From Gemmatimonadota bacterium (GTDB lineage Bacteria; Gemmatimonadota; Gemmatimonadetes; Gemmatimonadales; GWC2-71-9), in the NCBI GenBank assembly GCA_016874005.1, contig VGVQ01000021.1, positions 4,005-68,004 on the forward strand: a stretch of 64,000 nucleotides of DNA, read 5' to 3'. Of the stretch, positions 18,695-28,398 are shown piece by piece; position 1 is the stretch's first letter, and every line of letters starts with the position of its first letter. Both the position numbers and the translations under genes were made by a program. A model generated the notes under the pieces. That model saw only the letters and a program-made list of their open reading frames with translations. It had not been told where the DNA came from and searched no databases.

Positions 18695-18775
18695 GGCATT
18701 CGTCGCCGAGTCTGGCGTCGGATAACGGTCGGTCGAGCGGCGGTAACCATCTATCGATGTTCCACCGCGATCGGG

Positions 18776-20233
18776 TCAAGCGCCGTCGGCGAGATGGTCC
18801 CCGAGTCGCAGCCCGAGCGCCGCAATGGTGAGCGTGGGGTTGGCGAAACCGGCCCGCGGAAAGACCGATGCCCCGGCGAGGTAGAGGCGGTCGGTCCCGA
18901 ACACTCGCCCATTGGCATCGACTACGCCGTCCCGAGGATCGATCGCCATCCGGGTGGTTCCGGCGTGGTGATGGGCATTCGGGTCCGGTCTGTCATCTGA
19001 GGTGACCACCACCGTGCCCCAACCGGCGGCTTGAAGCCCCTGGGCGACCAGCGTCTTGACTCGATCCAACCGGCGTTGATCCTCGGTCCGCCATTCCCAA
19101 TGGAGATGCGGCTTCGGGATCCCATGCCGGTCGACCGAGCCGCCCAGCGAGACCCGATTGCCAGGGTGGGGGAACTGCTCGGTGTTGATCACCAGTTCGA
19201 TCCGATCGAAGGCCCGCTCGGGCCGCGGCCGGTCCGACCAGCCGTATCCCGCCGTCCCGCGGCGCCCCCGCCACCGAGCCAGCCATCCCGGTCGCCACCG
19301 GGGAAAGAGCGAGACGCTGGCATTGGCCCAATCGGCCCGATCCGGTAGCTGATCCGAGAGGGCCAGGCGGGCAGCGACGGGCGGGTCGCCGCCGAGATCG
19401 AACCGAGTCAGCCGATGCCAGAGGTCGGGGCCCCGGGGAACCAGGGCGAGGGTCCGATCGCGGGGGTGCTCCATGAAGCCGCGACCGAGCCACGACAAGG
19501 TGCCGCCTAACGGCATCGTGAGGAGCAGCCGAGCCGCCTCGATCGCCCCGGTCGCGATGACGACCCGCTGGGCCCTGAGCCGCCACTCGACCCCGGCGGG
19601 GTCCCGGGCGACCAGCTCCACCACGGCCGGATCGCCCAGCTCGAGCCGGACGACCGTCACCCCGCCGAGCACCGTCGCTGCCCCGCTCCGCCGGAGCTCA
19701 CCGAGCACTCCGTCGGTCCAGGCATCTCGCGGGCCCCACCGATACCACCGAGTGACGAGGCCCGACCCGACGGCCGACGAGTCCCCGCCCCCGCCGTTGT
19801 CGGCGCCGTCGGTCACCTGGGGCTCGAGCCCGCAGAGCCGTTCTGCCTCGCGGTACCAGGGCAGCAGGGTCGCGAAGTCGATCGGCCACCCGGCCAGGTC
19901 CCCAACCCGGGCCGAGAGGTCCGATCGGTCGAGCCTGAGGTACTTTGCTCCGACTCGACCCCGATAGGGCGTGTTCCAGATCGCCGCGGTACCGCCAAGC
20001 TGCCGGTGACGGGTGCTGGTCAGACCGGCGTAGCCATCGCCCGAGACGGTGCCGTCGTTGAGCGCGGTCGCGTGGGCGGTCGGGTCCGATTCCCCGCTGT
20101 CGACCAGAATCAATCGACGGCCAGTCCGGGCCAGTCGGTGCGCCACGCTCAGTCCGGCGGGCCCGGCCCCGATCACCACGAACTCCGCTTCGAGGGCTCC
20201 CGCGGGCCCCCGTCGCCAGTCGAGGTCGGTCAC
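18776..20233 (-). CDS. GMC family FAD-dependent oxidoreductase
   Basis: VIGAGPAG, RQLGGTAAIW, HHHAGTTRM and LYLAGASVFP..G.ANPTLTI motifs. Confidence 0.88.
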   Translation of the reverse strand: MTDLDWRRGPAGALEAEFVVIGAGPAGLSVAHRLARTGRRLILVDSGESDPTAHATALNDGTVSGDGYAGLTSTRHRQLGGTAAIWNTPYRGRVGAKYLRLDRSDLSARVGDLAGWPIDFATLLPWYREAERLCGLEPQVTDGADNGGGGDSSAVGSGLVTRWYRWGPRDAWTDGVLGELRRSGAATVLGGVTVVRLELGDPAVVELVARDPAGVEWRLRAQRVVIATGAIEAARLLLTMPLGGTLSWLGRGFMEHPRDRTLALVPRGPDLWHRLTRFDLGGDPPVAARLALSDQLPDRADWANASVSLFPRWRPGWLARWRGRRGTAGYGWSDRPRPERAFDRIELVINTEQFPHPGNRVSLGGSVDRHGIPKPHLHWEWRTEDQRRLDRVKTLVAQGLQAAGWGTVVVTSDDRPDPNAHHHAGTTRMAIDPRDGVVDANGRVFGTDRLYLAGASVFPRAGFANPTLTIAALGLRLGDHLADGA

Positions 20234-20247
20234 GTTAGAATCCGCCC

Positions 20248-21144
20248 ATGGGCGAGGCCTTTCCCCGTGTCAGCGTCATCATTCCGACCCTCGCAGCCCC
20301 AGAAAGAGCCGCCTCGATCCGCCGGGCACTCGCCAGTGTGGTGGAACAGAGTGGCGTCGACGCCGAGCCCATCGTCGTCATCAACGGTCCCGCGCCCGAC
20401 CCCGAGATCGTGGCGTGGCTCCAGCGCGATCGCCGAATCCTGGTGCTCCGACAACCCCAAGCCGATCTCCCAGCCGCCATTCGGCTCGGGCTCGGCGCCG
20501 TCGCCGCCGAATTCTTCACCGAATTGGACGACGACGACGCCTTGCTCCCGGGAGCGCTGGCCCTCCGCCTGGCCACGTTGGCGGGGCACCCCGGCGCCTC
20601 GATCGTCGTCACCAACGGTTTTCGCCGGCTCGACGGCGTGGACACCCCGCTGCGGCCGGACTTCGCCGCGGTTCGACCCGATCCCCTGATGGCGTTGCTG
20701 TCGGGCAATTGGCTGCTGCCGGGCAGCTGGCTGGCTCGGACGGATGGCGTGCCCGCGACGCTCTTCGACGCCATGCCGCGGTACCTCGAGTGTACCTACC
20801 TGGCGGTGCGGTTCAGCCAAACGGGCCGGGTCTGCTTCGACGATCGACCGACGGTCGTCTGGACTCAGTACGGAGGTGAGTCCCGCTCGCTCGAGTTCCA
20901 TCTCGGCCAACCCGATGCCCTCGAGGCCATCCTCCGCCTCGACCTTCCGATCGCCTTCCGCCGCGGCCTCGAGCGCCACCTCGCCGCGGCCTATCACGCG
21001 GTGGCCGAAAGGTACCGCGCCAGCGGCCAGCTGGCGAAGGCGTGGCGGGCTCACCTCCGCTCCCTGACCACCCCGAGCGGATGGCGATTCCTGCCGGCCA
21101 CCCGCCACCTGGTGACGGACTGGGCGCGGCGCCCGCGGCAATGA
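20248..21144 (+). CDS. Glycosyltransferase family 2
   Basis: VSVIIPT, IVVING and FFTELDDDD (DxD) motifs. Confidence 0.85.
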   Translation: MGEAFPRVSVIIPTLAAPERAASIRRALASVVEQSGVDAEPIVVINGPAPDPEIVAWLQRDRRILVLRQPQADLPAAIRLGLGAVAAEFFTELDDDDALLPGALALRLATLAGHPGASIVVTNGFRRLDGVDTPLRPDFAAVRPDPLMALLSGNWLLPGSWLARTDGVPATLFDAMPRYLECTYLAVRFSQTGRVCFDDRPTVVWTQYGGESRSLEFHLGQPDALEAILRLDLPIAFRRGLERHLAAAYHAVAERYRASGQLAKAWRAHLRSLTTPSGWRFLPATRHLVTDWARRPRQ

Positions 21145-22700
21145 CGACCCGGATCCTCGCGGTCGCGATCGACGCCACCAGTCCGGAGCTGGTGGATCGA
21201 TGGTGCGCCGACGGTACCCTCCCCAACCTGGCTGCCCTCCGCGCCCGCGGCCACTGGGGCCCGGTCCGGGGACTCGAGGGTTTCTACGTGGGGTCCACCT
21301 GGCCCTCCGCGATCACGGCCGCGTCGCCCGGGCGGCACGGGCTTCACTACCAGGTACAATTGGTCCCGGGGAGCTACCGGCTCGAGCGAGTCGCGGCCCA
21401 GCGCTACCTGGCGGTGCCGCCCTTCTGGAGGACGTTAGGCGATGCCGGGAGGCGGGTCGCCGTGCTCGACGTGCCGCTCTGTCCGATCGATCCCGAGATC
21501 GCTGGAGTCCAATCCGTCGAATGGGGAAGTCACGATGCCTTTTTCGGGTTCGACGCGCGGCCGGCCGGGTTCCGGGCGGACCTGCTCCGCCGGTTCGGCC
21601 CCCACCCGATGGGACCGAACTGCGACGCGGCTCGCCGCGGCAAAGCCGACTACCGGGCCTTCGTCAGTCGCGCGGTCGCGGGCGTCGAGCGCAAACGCGA
21701 CCTGACTCGCTGGGTCCTCCAGTCGGGCGATTGGGACCTGGTGTTCCAGGTGTTCACCGAGGCGCATTGCACCGGCCACCAGTGCTGGCACCTCCACGAT
21801 CCCGCCCATCCGGCCCACGACCCGGCGGTTCGCGCCGCCATCGGCGACCCGGTGGCGGCGGTGTACCGCGCCATCGATGCCGCGATCGGCGACCTCCTGG
21901 CCGCCGCGCCGGGGGCTCGGATCATGGTCTTCAGCTGCCACGGCATGGGATCGTTCTTCGGGGGTCAGTTCCTCCTCGGCGACCTCCTCACCCGGCTCGG
22001 GGTGACCGCCGCTCCCCCGTCTCCCGGCCGATCGGAACTCGAGCCAACCGTGGTCCAACGAATCTGGCGACGTCTCCCGATGGCGGTTCGCCGGGGGCTC
22101 GAACCGCTCCGGCGGGCGATCCGCGATCTCCCCGGATCACCGACTCTCGGGGCCCACCCGGCCACGAGCCGGTGCTTCGCGGTCGGCAACGGTCAGGCGG
22201 TGGGCGGGATTCGGTTGAACCTGCTCGGGCGGGAGCCCGCCGGGTTGCTCCGCCCCGGGGAGGAGGCCCGCGGGTTCGTCGAGAACCTCCGAGAGGAGCT
22301 GCTCGCCATCGAGCACGCCGACTCGGGGCGCCCCGCGATCCAGCACGTCTGGGCCCCCGGAGAACGGTATCAGGGGCCGGCGTTAGGCGATCTCCCCGAT
22401 TTGTTGGTGGAATGGAACGAATCGATCGCCGTCGGGAGTGCCTCCGTCGCGGACGGGGCCGGGGCGCGTTATCGGCTCCGCTCCGCGCGGATCGGCGAGC
22501 TGGCCGGCGTGAATCAATATGGCAGGACCGGCGAGCACCGCCGGGACGGATTCTTCATCGCGACGGGAACCGACCCCGCCCGCCCAGGCCGCCCGGCCGA
22601 GCACCCCATGAGCGTGCTCGATTTGGCGCCGACGCTCACCGCCTGGCTCGGCCTGGACCTTCCCCACCCGGACGGCCGGCCGCACCCCGAGCTCGGCTAG
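21141..22700 (+). CDS. Alkaline phosphatase superfamily (type I phosphodiesterase/NPP-like) protein
   Basis: Start MTTRILAVAIDA at 21141; GTLPNLAAL, STWPS, SCHGM, GEHRRDG and VLDLAPTL motifs. Confidence 0.8.
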   Translation: MTTRILAVAIDATSPELVDRWCADGTLPNLAALRARGHWGPVRGLEGFYVGSTWPSAITAASPGRHGLHYQVQLVPGSYRLERVAAQRYLAVPPFWRTLGDAGRRVAVLDVPLCPIDPEIAGVQSVEWGSHDAFFGFDARPAGFRADLLRRFGPHPMGPNCDAARRGKADYRAFVSRAVAGVERKRDLTRWVLQSGDWDLVFQVFTEAHCTGHQCWHLHDPAHPAHDPAVRAAIGDPVAAVYRAIDAAIGDLLAAAPGARIMVFSCHGMGSFFGGQFLLGDLLTRLGVTAAPPSPGRSELEPTVVQRIWRRLPMAVRRGLEPLRRAIRDLPGSPTLGAHPATSRCFAVGNGQAVGGIRLNLLGREPAGLLRPGEEARGFVENLREELLAIEHADSGRPAIQHVWAPGERYQGPALGDLPDLLVEWNESIAVGSASVADGAGARYRLRSARIGELAGVNQYGRTGEHRRDGFFIATGTDPARPGRPAEHPMSVLDLAPTLTAWLGLDLPHPDGRPHPELG

Positions 22701-22799
22701 CGCTCGCCGGAAAGACGATCGCCACCCGCATTCTGTGGCCCTTGAAATGGCGGGACGGCGGGCGCACGGGGAACGACTCGACTCGGCGGGGGCCCCGGC

Positions 22800-24713
22800 T
22801 CAGAGATACGGGTCGTCGACCGACTTGAGTGAGGCAACGCCGGAACGGGGCGCAACGGTTCGGGTCGGCACTTCCTTCCCGAGACACTTCACGAAGAACG
22901 GGACCACTTCGTCTGGCCGGGTGCGGATCGTGGCATGGAGGGCGCGCACGACGTCGGTTGGGTCCCGTCCGGAAATCAGATCCTTGATCCGATTGGTCGG
23001 CAGCGACGGCTCCAACGCCCGGAGCCGCCGCAACACCGCGTCCTCGAACGGAATCTCGGCCTCGGGTGGGTATTGGTCGACTCCCTCGCGGCCCGAGAGG
23101 ACCGGCGGCCGGGGAAACCGGACGAAGATCGGCTGAGTGAAATGGGGATGACGGATCATCAGTTCGCCCTTGGGGAGGGCGGCGAGCTTGGCCTTGATCG
23201 CGGGCGAGAGGATTCCATACCCCGGGGTCGCGAGTTCGTCGGCGTCCAGGCGCCCGAACACCGCCGTGCCCGCGTTGCCAACAACCCGTTTGTGGACCTG
23301 AGACCGAAACTGCTGCGCCGAGAACAGAACCAGCCCGAGGTAGCGACCGCGCTCGGACAGGTCGAGCAGCATCTTCCGGACGTAGCTCTCGGGGCCGTCC
23401 TGGGGCGCGTACTTGTTGAGCTCGTCGACGAAGGCCACCACGTGCTCCACCCCGAGGTCGCGACGTTCGAGGTGCTCACGCAGCTTCGACACGATCCGAG
23501 CGAATACCAGGTCCTGGGCCAGGGGATCGAGTCCCGCCACGTCGACCACATAGACGGTGCGGTCCTCGAACCGACCCCAGGGCAAGTCGTTCACCTCGCC
23601 GTTGTCGGTGACGAGGCCCTTGGAGCGAGTGCTGATGTTTCCGAGGCGATTGCGGATCTTCCGAATCGTCGCGACGTGATGGGTGCGCCAGATCTCGGCG
23701 CCTCGGCCGGACATCTCGAGGAAGTTGAAGATCGCCCGGAAGAAATCCTCGAGATCGGCAAAGCTCCTGACCGTGAACGTCCTCCCGAGGACTTCGTCGT
23801 GGAACTCCTTGCCAACCACCCGCTCGGCGAGGAAGTCGATCAGCGCGTCGGCCTTGGCGTCGACGTCGTCGCGGTTGAGGAGGACCTCGGCGTAGTCGAG
23901 GACTTCCCGCAGGCCCCAGACCAACGGTTCGGTCGGGGCGAGCGCCGGATTGGTTCGCAGGGTGTTGAGGTTCACCCCATCCGGCTTGAACGGGGCGAAG
24001 TAACGAACCCGCTCGAACACGGTCGGCTCGAGGCCCAACCGATGGTAGAGTCGCAGGTCGTCGGCCGTGAGCTTGCCGGGCTGATCGAGGAAGCAGAGGT
24101 CGGGCCCCTTCACGTTGAAACACACCGCGGCGATCCGACCTTTGTGGGCCGGGAAGGTCTGGAAGATCGAGGTGAGGAGGAACTCGACCGCCGAGGTCTT
24201 GGTCGCCAGCCCGGACACCCCGGTGATGTTGAGGTGGGCGGCCTCCGGACCGAGCAGAAAATCGGCATCGAGGGAAATGGGGGCTTCCAAGCCGCCGGCC
24301 GCGTAGAGGCCCACCGGAATCGCGGTGGGCCGGTCGCCCCCGGCGTAGCCGCTCATCCGGAGCGCGAACGCCACATCGGCGTCGGAGGCCAGGTGGACCT
24401 CGCCGAGCGGCACCGGCTGGAGCGGTTCCTCGGGCTCGTGGCGAAGGACCGCGGTCTGGTAGAGGCGGATCTCGCTTCGGCTCGACGGTTCGATCGCGGC
24501 CGCGGGGTCGCCGTCAGCGCCATACACCGCGTCCATCGGGGTGGCCAGGTCCGAGTACGCGAACGCGTCGGTTACCACTCCGTACACCTTCCGGCTCGGC
24601 GACTCGACCCGGACGATCGAGCCAATCCCGACGTTGGCGTCGGTCGCGGTCCAGAAAAGGAACTGGTGAGGAGTACTGGGCTTGAGCTCGGTGGCAACGA
24701 CTCGTCCGATCAT
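22800..24713 (-). CDS. herA: HerA-like FtsK/HerA ATPase (HAS barrel plus motor domain)
   Basis: N-terminal MIGRVVATE HAS barrel, HLNITGVSGLATKTS Walker A variant, VAFVDELNKYAP Walker B, RGRYLGLVLFSAQQ. Confidence 0.8.
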   Translation of the reverse strand: MIGRVVATELKPSTPHQFLFWTATDANVGIGSIVRVESPSRKVYGVVTDAFAYSDLATPMDAVYGADGDPAAAIEPSSRSEIRLYQTAVLRHEPEEPLQPVPLGEVHLASDADVAFALRMSGYAGGDRPTAIPVGLYAAGGLEAPISLDADFLLGPEAAHLNITGVSGLATKTSAVEFLLTSIFQTFPAHKGRIAAVCFNVKGPDLCFLDQPGKLTADDLRLYHRLGLEPTVFERVRYFAPFKPDGVNLNTLRTNPALAPTEPLVWGLREVLDYAEVLLNRDDVDAKADALIDFLAERVVGKEFHDEVLGRTFTVRSFADLEDFFRAIFNFLEMSGRGAEIWRTHHVATIRKIRNRLGNISTRSKGLVTDNGEVNDLPWGRFEDRTVYVVDVAGLDPLAQDLVFARIVSKLREHLERRDLGVEHVVAFVDELNKYAPQDGPESYVRKMLLDLSERGRYLGLVLFSAQQFRSQVHKRVVGNAGTAVFGRLDADELATPGYGILSPAIKAKLAALPKGELMIRHPHFTQPIFVRFPRPPVLSGREGVDQYPPEAEIPFEDAVLRRLRALEPSLPTNRIKDLISGRDPTDVVRALHATIRTRPDEVVPFFVKCLGKEVPTRTVAPRSGVASLKSVDDPYL

Positions 24714-24846
24714 TGCTAAGAATGTAGCCAGAGATGGCGACAGCGAGCGAGTCGGCTTGCTCCTGACCGCGTCACGGCGAATATTGGCGAGGTCCGGAAC
24801 ACTGGCGAGGCCCGGTACGACACCCTCGGCGGGATGGCGACCCGAG

Positions 24847-25680
24847 ATGACGCGGCATCGGCCCCACTCCCCTTGCCCGGGGCGCTCCCACGGGCCGAGC
24901 TACCTGCTCCTCCGGCTGGGGCTGGCCGTCGCCCTGGGGTTGCCCAACCCGCTTGCGGGGCAGGCCAACGGCACGGTTCGCGGTGTCGTGCTCGACCCCA
25001 GAATGAACCCGATCGAGGACGCCCTCGTCACTCTCCACACCACAGGCGCCGCACAGCGGACCGACGCCAAGGGTCGCTTCAAATTCGACAAGGTGGCGGC
25101 CGGGGCACACCGGGTCACCGTTCGGGCGTTGGGACTGGGCGCAATCCACTCCGACCTCGACGTCTTCCCGGGCCTGATCCGCGACATCACGTTCCGGTTC
25201 CCGCCGCCCGTTCAGGAGCTCGATTCAGTCGTGGTAAACGCGGAACCGCACCCGTCCGCACGGCTGGCGAGCTTCGAGCATCGGCGGCAGACCGGCATGG
25301 GCCAGTATTTCGATCGGGGCGATTTCGAGAAGATGATGCCCGTGTCGACGAGTCAGATCTTTCGGCTGCTTCCGACCGGCCTCACCGTGCGGGATAGCGC
25401 CGGCGTCCCCCAGGCCATCTCGGACCGAGGCACGAGCATCGTCGTGGATCCGTCGACCGGTGCTCCCACCGTCCGGTCTTGTCAACTCCGGCTGGCGCTC
25501 GACGGCCGGCTGCTGCCGGCGGGAACCTCTCTCGACTTCGTCGATCCTCGGGAGGTCCATGGGATCGAGGTCTACCAGGGCGCCGGGTCGATACCGGTCG
25601 AGTACCTCGGCGGTCAGCGGGATATCGGCTGCGGACTGATAATCATCTGGACCAGGTCCGGCACCGAACGAGACCGCTAG
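24847..25680 (+). CDS. Secreted carboxypeptidase-regulatory-like plus TonB plug-like protein, no beta-barrel
   Basis: Signal peptide, GTVRGVVLD..NPIEDALV, FEHRRQTGMGQYF, GIEVYQG..IPVEY, C-terminal CGLIIIWTR. Confidence 0.65.
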   Translation: MTRHRPHSPCPGRSHGPSYLLLRLGLAVALGLPNPLAGQANGTVRGVVLDPRMNPIEDALVTLHTTGAAQRTDAKGRFKFDKVAAGAHRVTVRALGLGAIHSDLDVFPGLIRDITFRFPPPVQELDSVVVNAEPHPSARLASFEHRRQTGMGQYFDRGDFEKMMPVSTSQIFRLLPTGLTVRDSAGVPQAISDRGTSIVVDPSTGAPTVRSCQLRLALDGRLLPAGTSLDFVDPREVHGIEVYQGAGSIPVEYLGGQRDIGCGLIIIWTRSGTERDR

Positions 25681-25704
25681 CGGAAGGCCGTGGCGGGCGG
25701 GTCG

Positions 25705-26634
25705 TCAGCCCCGCGCCCTGAGGTGTCGCTCGACGGTTGCCACCCCATAGAGCAGTCGATCCCACCGCGGATCCGGCCGGCTCAACGGGACCCGCTCGGC
25801 CATGAGCCACCGCGACACTCGGTCGGCCACCGCCCCTGAGCAGTGATTGGCCGCCATCTCGATTCGCACCAGGCCGTGGAACAGATCCTTGTCCCGGTAG
25901 TCCCACAGCCGCAGACCCCACGAGTGCGCCGGGAGGAATCGCCAGGTCGACGGCTCGAAGATGCTCGACCGGTGACCGGCCTCGATGGTCAGGTACCGGA
26001 GCAGTGACTCGCCCTCGAATGGCAGGGTGGCGTGGCTTTTCGAGACCCCGACGGCCTTCGGGTCGTCGGCCCAGACCTCCGAATCGGAAAGCACCCCATC
26101 CACCACCAGCCAGGCGTCGTAACCGCGCCGAAACTGGGCCCCGAGTTGCCGCTCGAGGGCGGTCCGGCAGGAGTCGATGGCGCGGTGGGCGTGTTCGAGG
26201 GCCTTCAGGGGGTGGAGCGGCTCGTCATGGGGAAGCTCGATCGCCTCGACCCCGCCGGGACAGGGGCCAAAGGTGTCCAGAGCCTCGGCCGCCCCGACCA
26301 GGAGCCGGCGATCGGCCCGCTCCACGGTCCGAAACCGCCCGGCGGTTCGAAGCCGGACCGCCGCGGCGATCCGGGCGGCCACCAGTGGCATGGTGCCGAC
26401 GTAGCCCACCACCTCGTAGCGCTGGGTACCATCGACGAAGGCGATCGGTTCGGGACACGGCTCGGCGGGTCCCACCGAGTATTCCTGGAGCGCCTCGCCT
26501 TCGATCAGCCGGGAGGGCGCGAGTCGAAAATCATCGGGGCGTCCCTCGACCGCCGGAGGCGCCCCGCTCGCACCGGTCACTCCGCGTTCCACCGCGGCCC
26601 GCCGGAGCCGCCGGAAGAACAGCGGATCGGTCAC
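25705..26634 (-). CDS. nurA: NurA-like nuclease
   Basis: IAFVDGTQR, WLVVDG and VGVSKSH acidic/Lys motifs; same strand as herA, 1 kb upstream of it. Confidence 0.65.
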   Translation of the reverse strand: MTDPLFFRRLRRAAVERGVTGASGAPPAVEGRPDDFRLAPSRLIEGEALQEYSVGPAEPCPEPIAFVDGTQRYEVVGYVGTMPLVAARIAAAVRLRTAGRFRTVERADRRLLVGAAEALDTFGPCPGGVEAIELPHDEPLHPLKALEHAHRAIDSCRTALERQLGAQFRRGYDAWLVVDGVLSDSEVWADDPKAVGVSKSHATLPFEGESLLRYLTIEAGHRSSIFEPSTWRFLPAHSWGLRLWDYRDKDLFHGLVRIEMAANHCSGAVADRVSRWLMAERVPLSRPDPRWDRLLYGVATVERHLRARG

Positions 26635-27851
26635 GCCGAGATGGCCTCGAACTCCGCCAAGCAGGCCATGATCCGGTCCATCCCCTTTTCGAGCTCCTTG
26701 TCGGAGGTGGCATAGGAGAGCCGGACCCAGCGGTCGTCACCGAAGGCCGCGCCGGGCACCAGGGCGACGGCGTGTTCCGACAGCAGCCGGTCGCAGAACT
26801 TCGATCCGGTCAACCCGTCCTTGGCGCCGTCGACCCGGAAGAATAGGTAGAAGGCTCCCACCGGCTCGACGAACTCGACCCCCGGCGCTTCCTTGCGGAA
26901 CCGCTCCACCAGCCGATCCCTGCGACGCCGGAACACCGCCGTCATCTTGACGACCTCCTGCTCGACTCTGGGATCGCTGAATGCCGCCGCGGCCGCGATC
27001 TGGGCCGGATGATTGGCCCCGGTCGTGGTGTGGGACTGGAGATTCGCCATGGCCTTGGCGACCGGGCTCGGGGCGTACGCCGCGCCGATCCGCCAGCCGG
27101 TCATCGCGTAGGCCTTGCTCGCTCCATAGATGACGACGGTGCGCTCGAGATACTCGTCGGGCAAATCGAAGAAGGATGGCGCGGGACCTTGACCGTAATG
27201 GATCCGCCGGTAGATCTCGTCACTCACGATCCAGATGTTGTGCTTTCGGGCCCAATCGCCGATGGCCTTGAGCTCCGCGAGAGTATACACGGCACCGGTG
27301 GGATTGCAGGGCGAACAAAGCACCAAGCCACGGGTGAGCTTGTCGGTGTGCCGCTCGAGGTCCTTCACGCCGACCTTGAGCCCCCACTCGACCTCCCCGG
27401 GGACCATCACCGGCTCGGCCCGAGCCAGGTGGATGATCTGCGGATACGAGACCCATGCCGGCGAAGGTATCAGGACCTTGTCCCGTGGGCCGAACAGGGC
27501 AAAACAGGTATTGAACAGCGACTGCTTCGAGCCGGTCGAGATGACGATCCGGTCCGGATCGACCGCCCGGCCGCCCGAGAGATCGCTCAAGTGCTTGGCC
27601 ATCGCGTTGCGGAGGTCGGCGACACCGACGTTCGGCGGATAGCGGGTCAGGCCTTTCTGGATCGCTTGGATTCCCGCCGCGGATACCGGCCCGGGGGTGT
27701 CGAAGTCCGGTTCGCCAACGCTCAGATCGACCACATCTCGTCCCAGCGCGCGGAGCCGGCGTGCCTCGGCGTTGATCGCGATGGTTTCGGAGCCTTTGAG
27801 ATGCTGGAGGTTGGACGAGAGCGGGTCAGGCAAGCGGAGTACTTTGGTCAC
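26631..27851 (-). CDS. PLP-dependent class I/II (aspartate-type) aminotransferase
   Basis: LSVGEPDF, CSPCNPTG, VSDEIY and ASKAYAMTGWRIG motifs. Confidence 0.9.
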   Translation of the reverse strand: MTKVLRLPDPLSSNLQHLKGSETIAINAEARRLRALGRDVVDLSVGEPDFDTPGPVSAAGIQAIQKGLTRYPPNVGVADLRNAMAKHLSDLSGGRAVDPDRIVISTGSKQSLFNTCFALFGPRDKVLIPSPAWVSYPQIIHLARAEPVMVPGEVEWGLKVGVKDLERHTDKLTRGLVLCSPCNPTGAVYTLAELKAIGDWARKHNIWIVSDEIYRRIHYGQGPAPSFFDLPDEYLERTVVIYGASKAYAMTGWRIGAAYAPSPVAKAMANLQSHTTTGANHPAQIAAAAAFSDPRVEQEVVKMTAVFRRRRDRLVERFRKEAPGVEFVEPVGAFYLFFRVDGAKDGLTGSKFCDRLLSEHAVALVPGAAFGDDRWVRLSYATSDKELEKGMDRIMACLAEFEAISA

Positions 27852-27908
27852 GATGCCTCGGCTGGCGTGGGGATCCGGCGCGAAGGTTCGTGGATCGACT
27901 CGGCTAAG

Positions 27909-28280
27909 TCAATGCTGGCGGACCCTGCCGCGATGGAGCAGGTAGCCGTACACCGCGACGTTGACGATCACCACGACACCGGCGAGCAGGTACTGGATGG
28001 CAGGCGTCAGCCCCGAGGGGTAGAGAATCGGGATCAGGTAATGCTCGACAAAACCGCCGGAATACCCTGCCTGCCCGCCTCGGCGCCGGAGGGCGTTCTC
28101 GAGCGGCGTGAGGGGGCAAACCCCGCCACTCAATTCGATCCACGTTCCCCAGATGGCGGCCGGGAGGTGGAACCACACCACCCAGCGCCTCCGAATGGCG
28201 AGAAGACCTCCCAGCACGACGAACCCGACGAACGCCAGATGGAGCAGCACCACGAGGTCCGCCGCGATCCGATAACTCAT
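27909..28280 (-). CDS. DUF2784 family membrane protein
   Basis: Start MSYRIAADLVVLLHLAF; HLPAAIWG, CPLTPLEN.LR..GG..GY..GF.EHY motifs. Confidence 0.8.
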   Translation of the reverse strand: MSYRIAADLVVLLHLAFVGFVVLGGLLAIRRRWVVWFHLPAAIWGTWIELSGGVCPLTPLENALRRRGGQAGYSGGFVEHYLIPILYPSGLTPAIQYLLAGVVVIVNVAVYGYLLHRGRVRQH

Positions 28281-28398
28281 CGCGGCCACCAGGAGAGCCG
28301 GGTCGGTGACATCGGCCAAACCTACCCCGACCTAACCGACTTGCCGAACGGACCCGACCGGACTTTCTTGCCGCCGGTCTTTTCCAACCGAGGCACCC

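Noticed and set aside
22800-26634. HerA as an anti-phage defence system (Sir2-HerA type)
   Set aside because: The partner looks like NurA, no Sir2 or other effector is adjacent, and the context is housekeeping.
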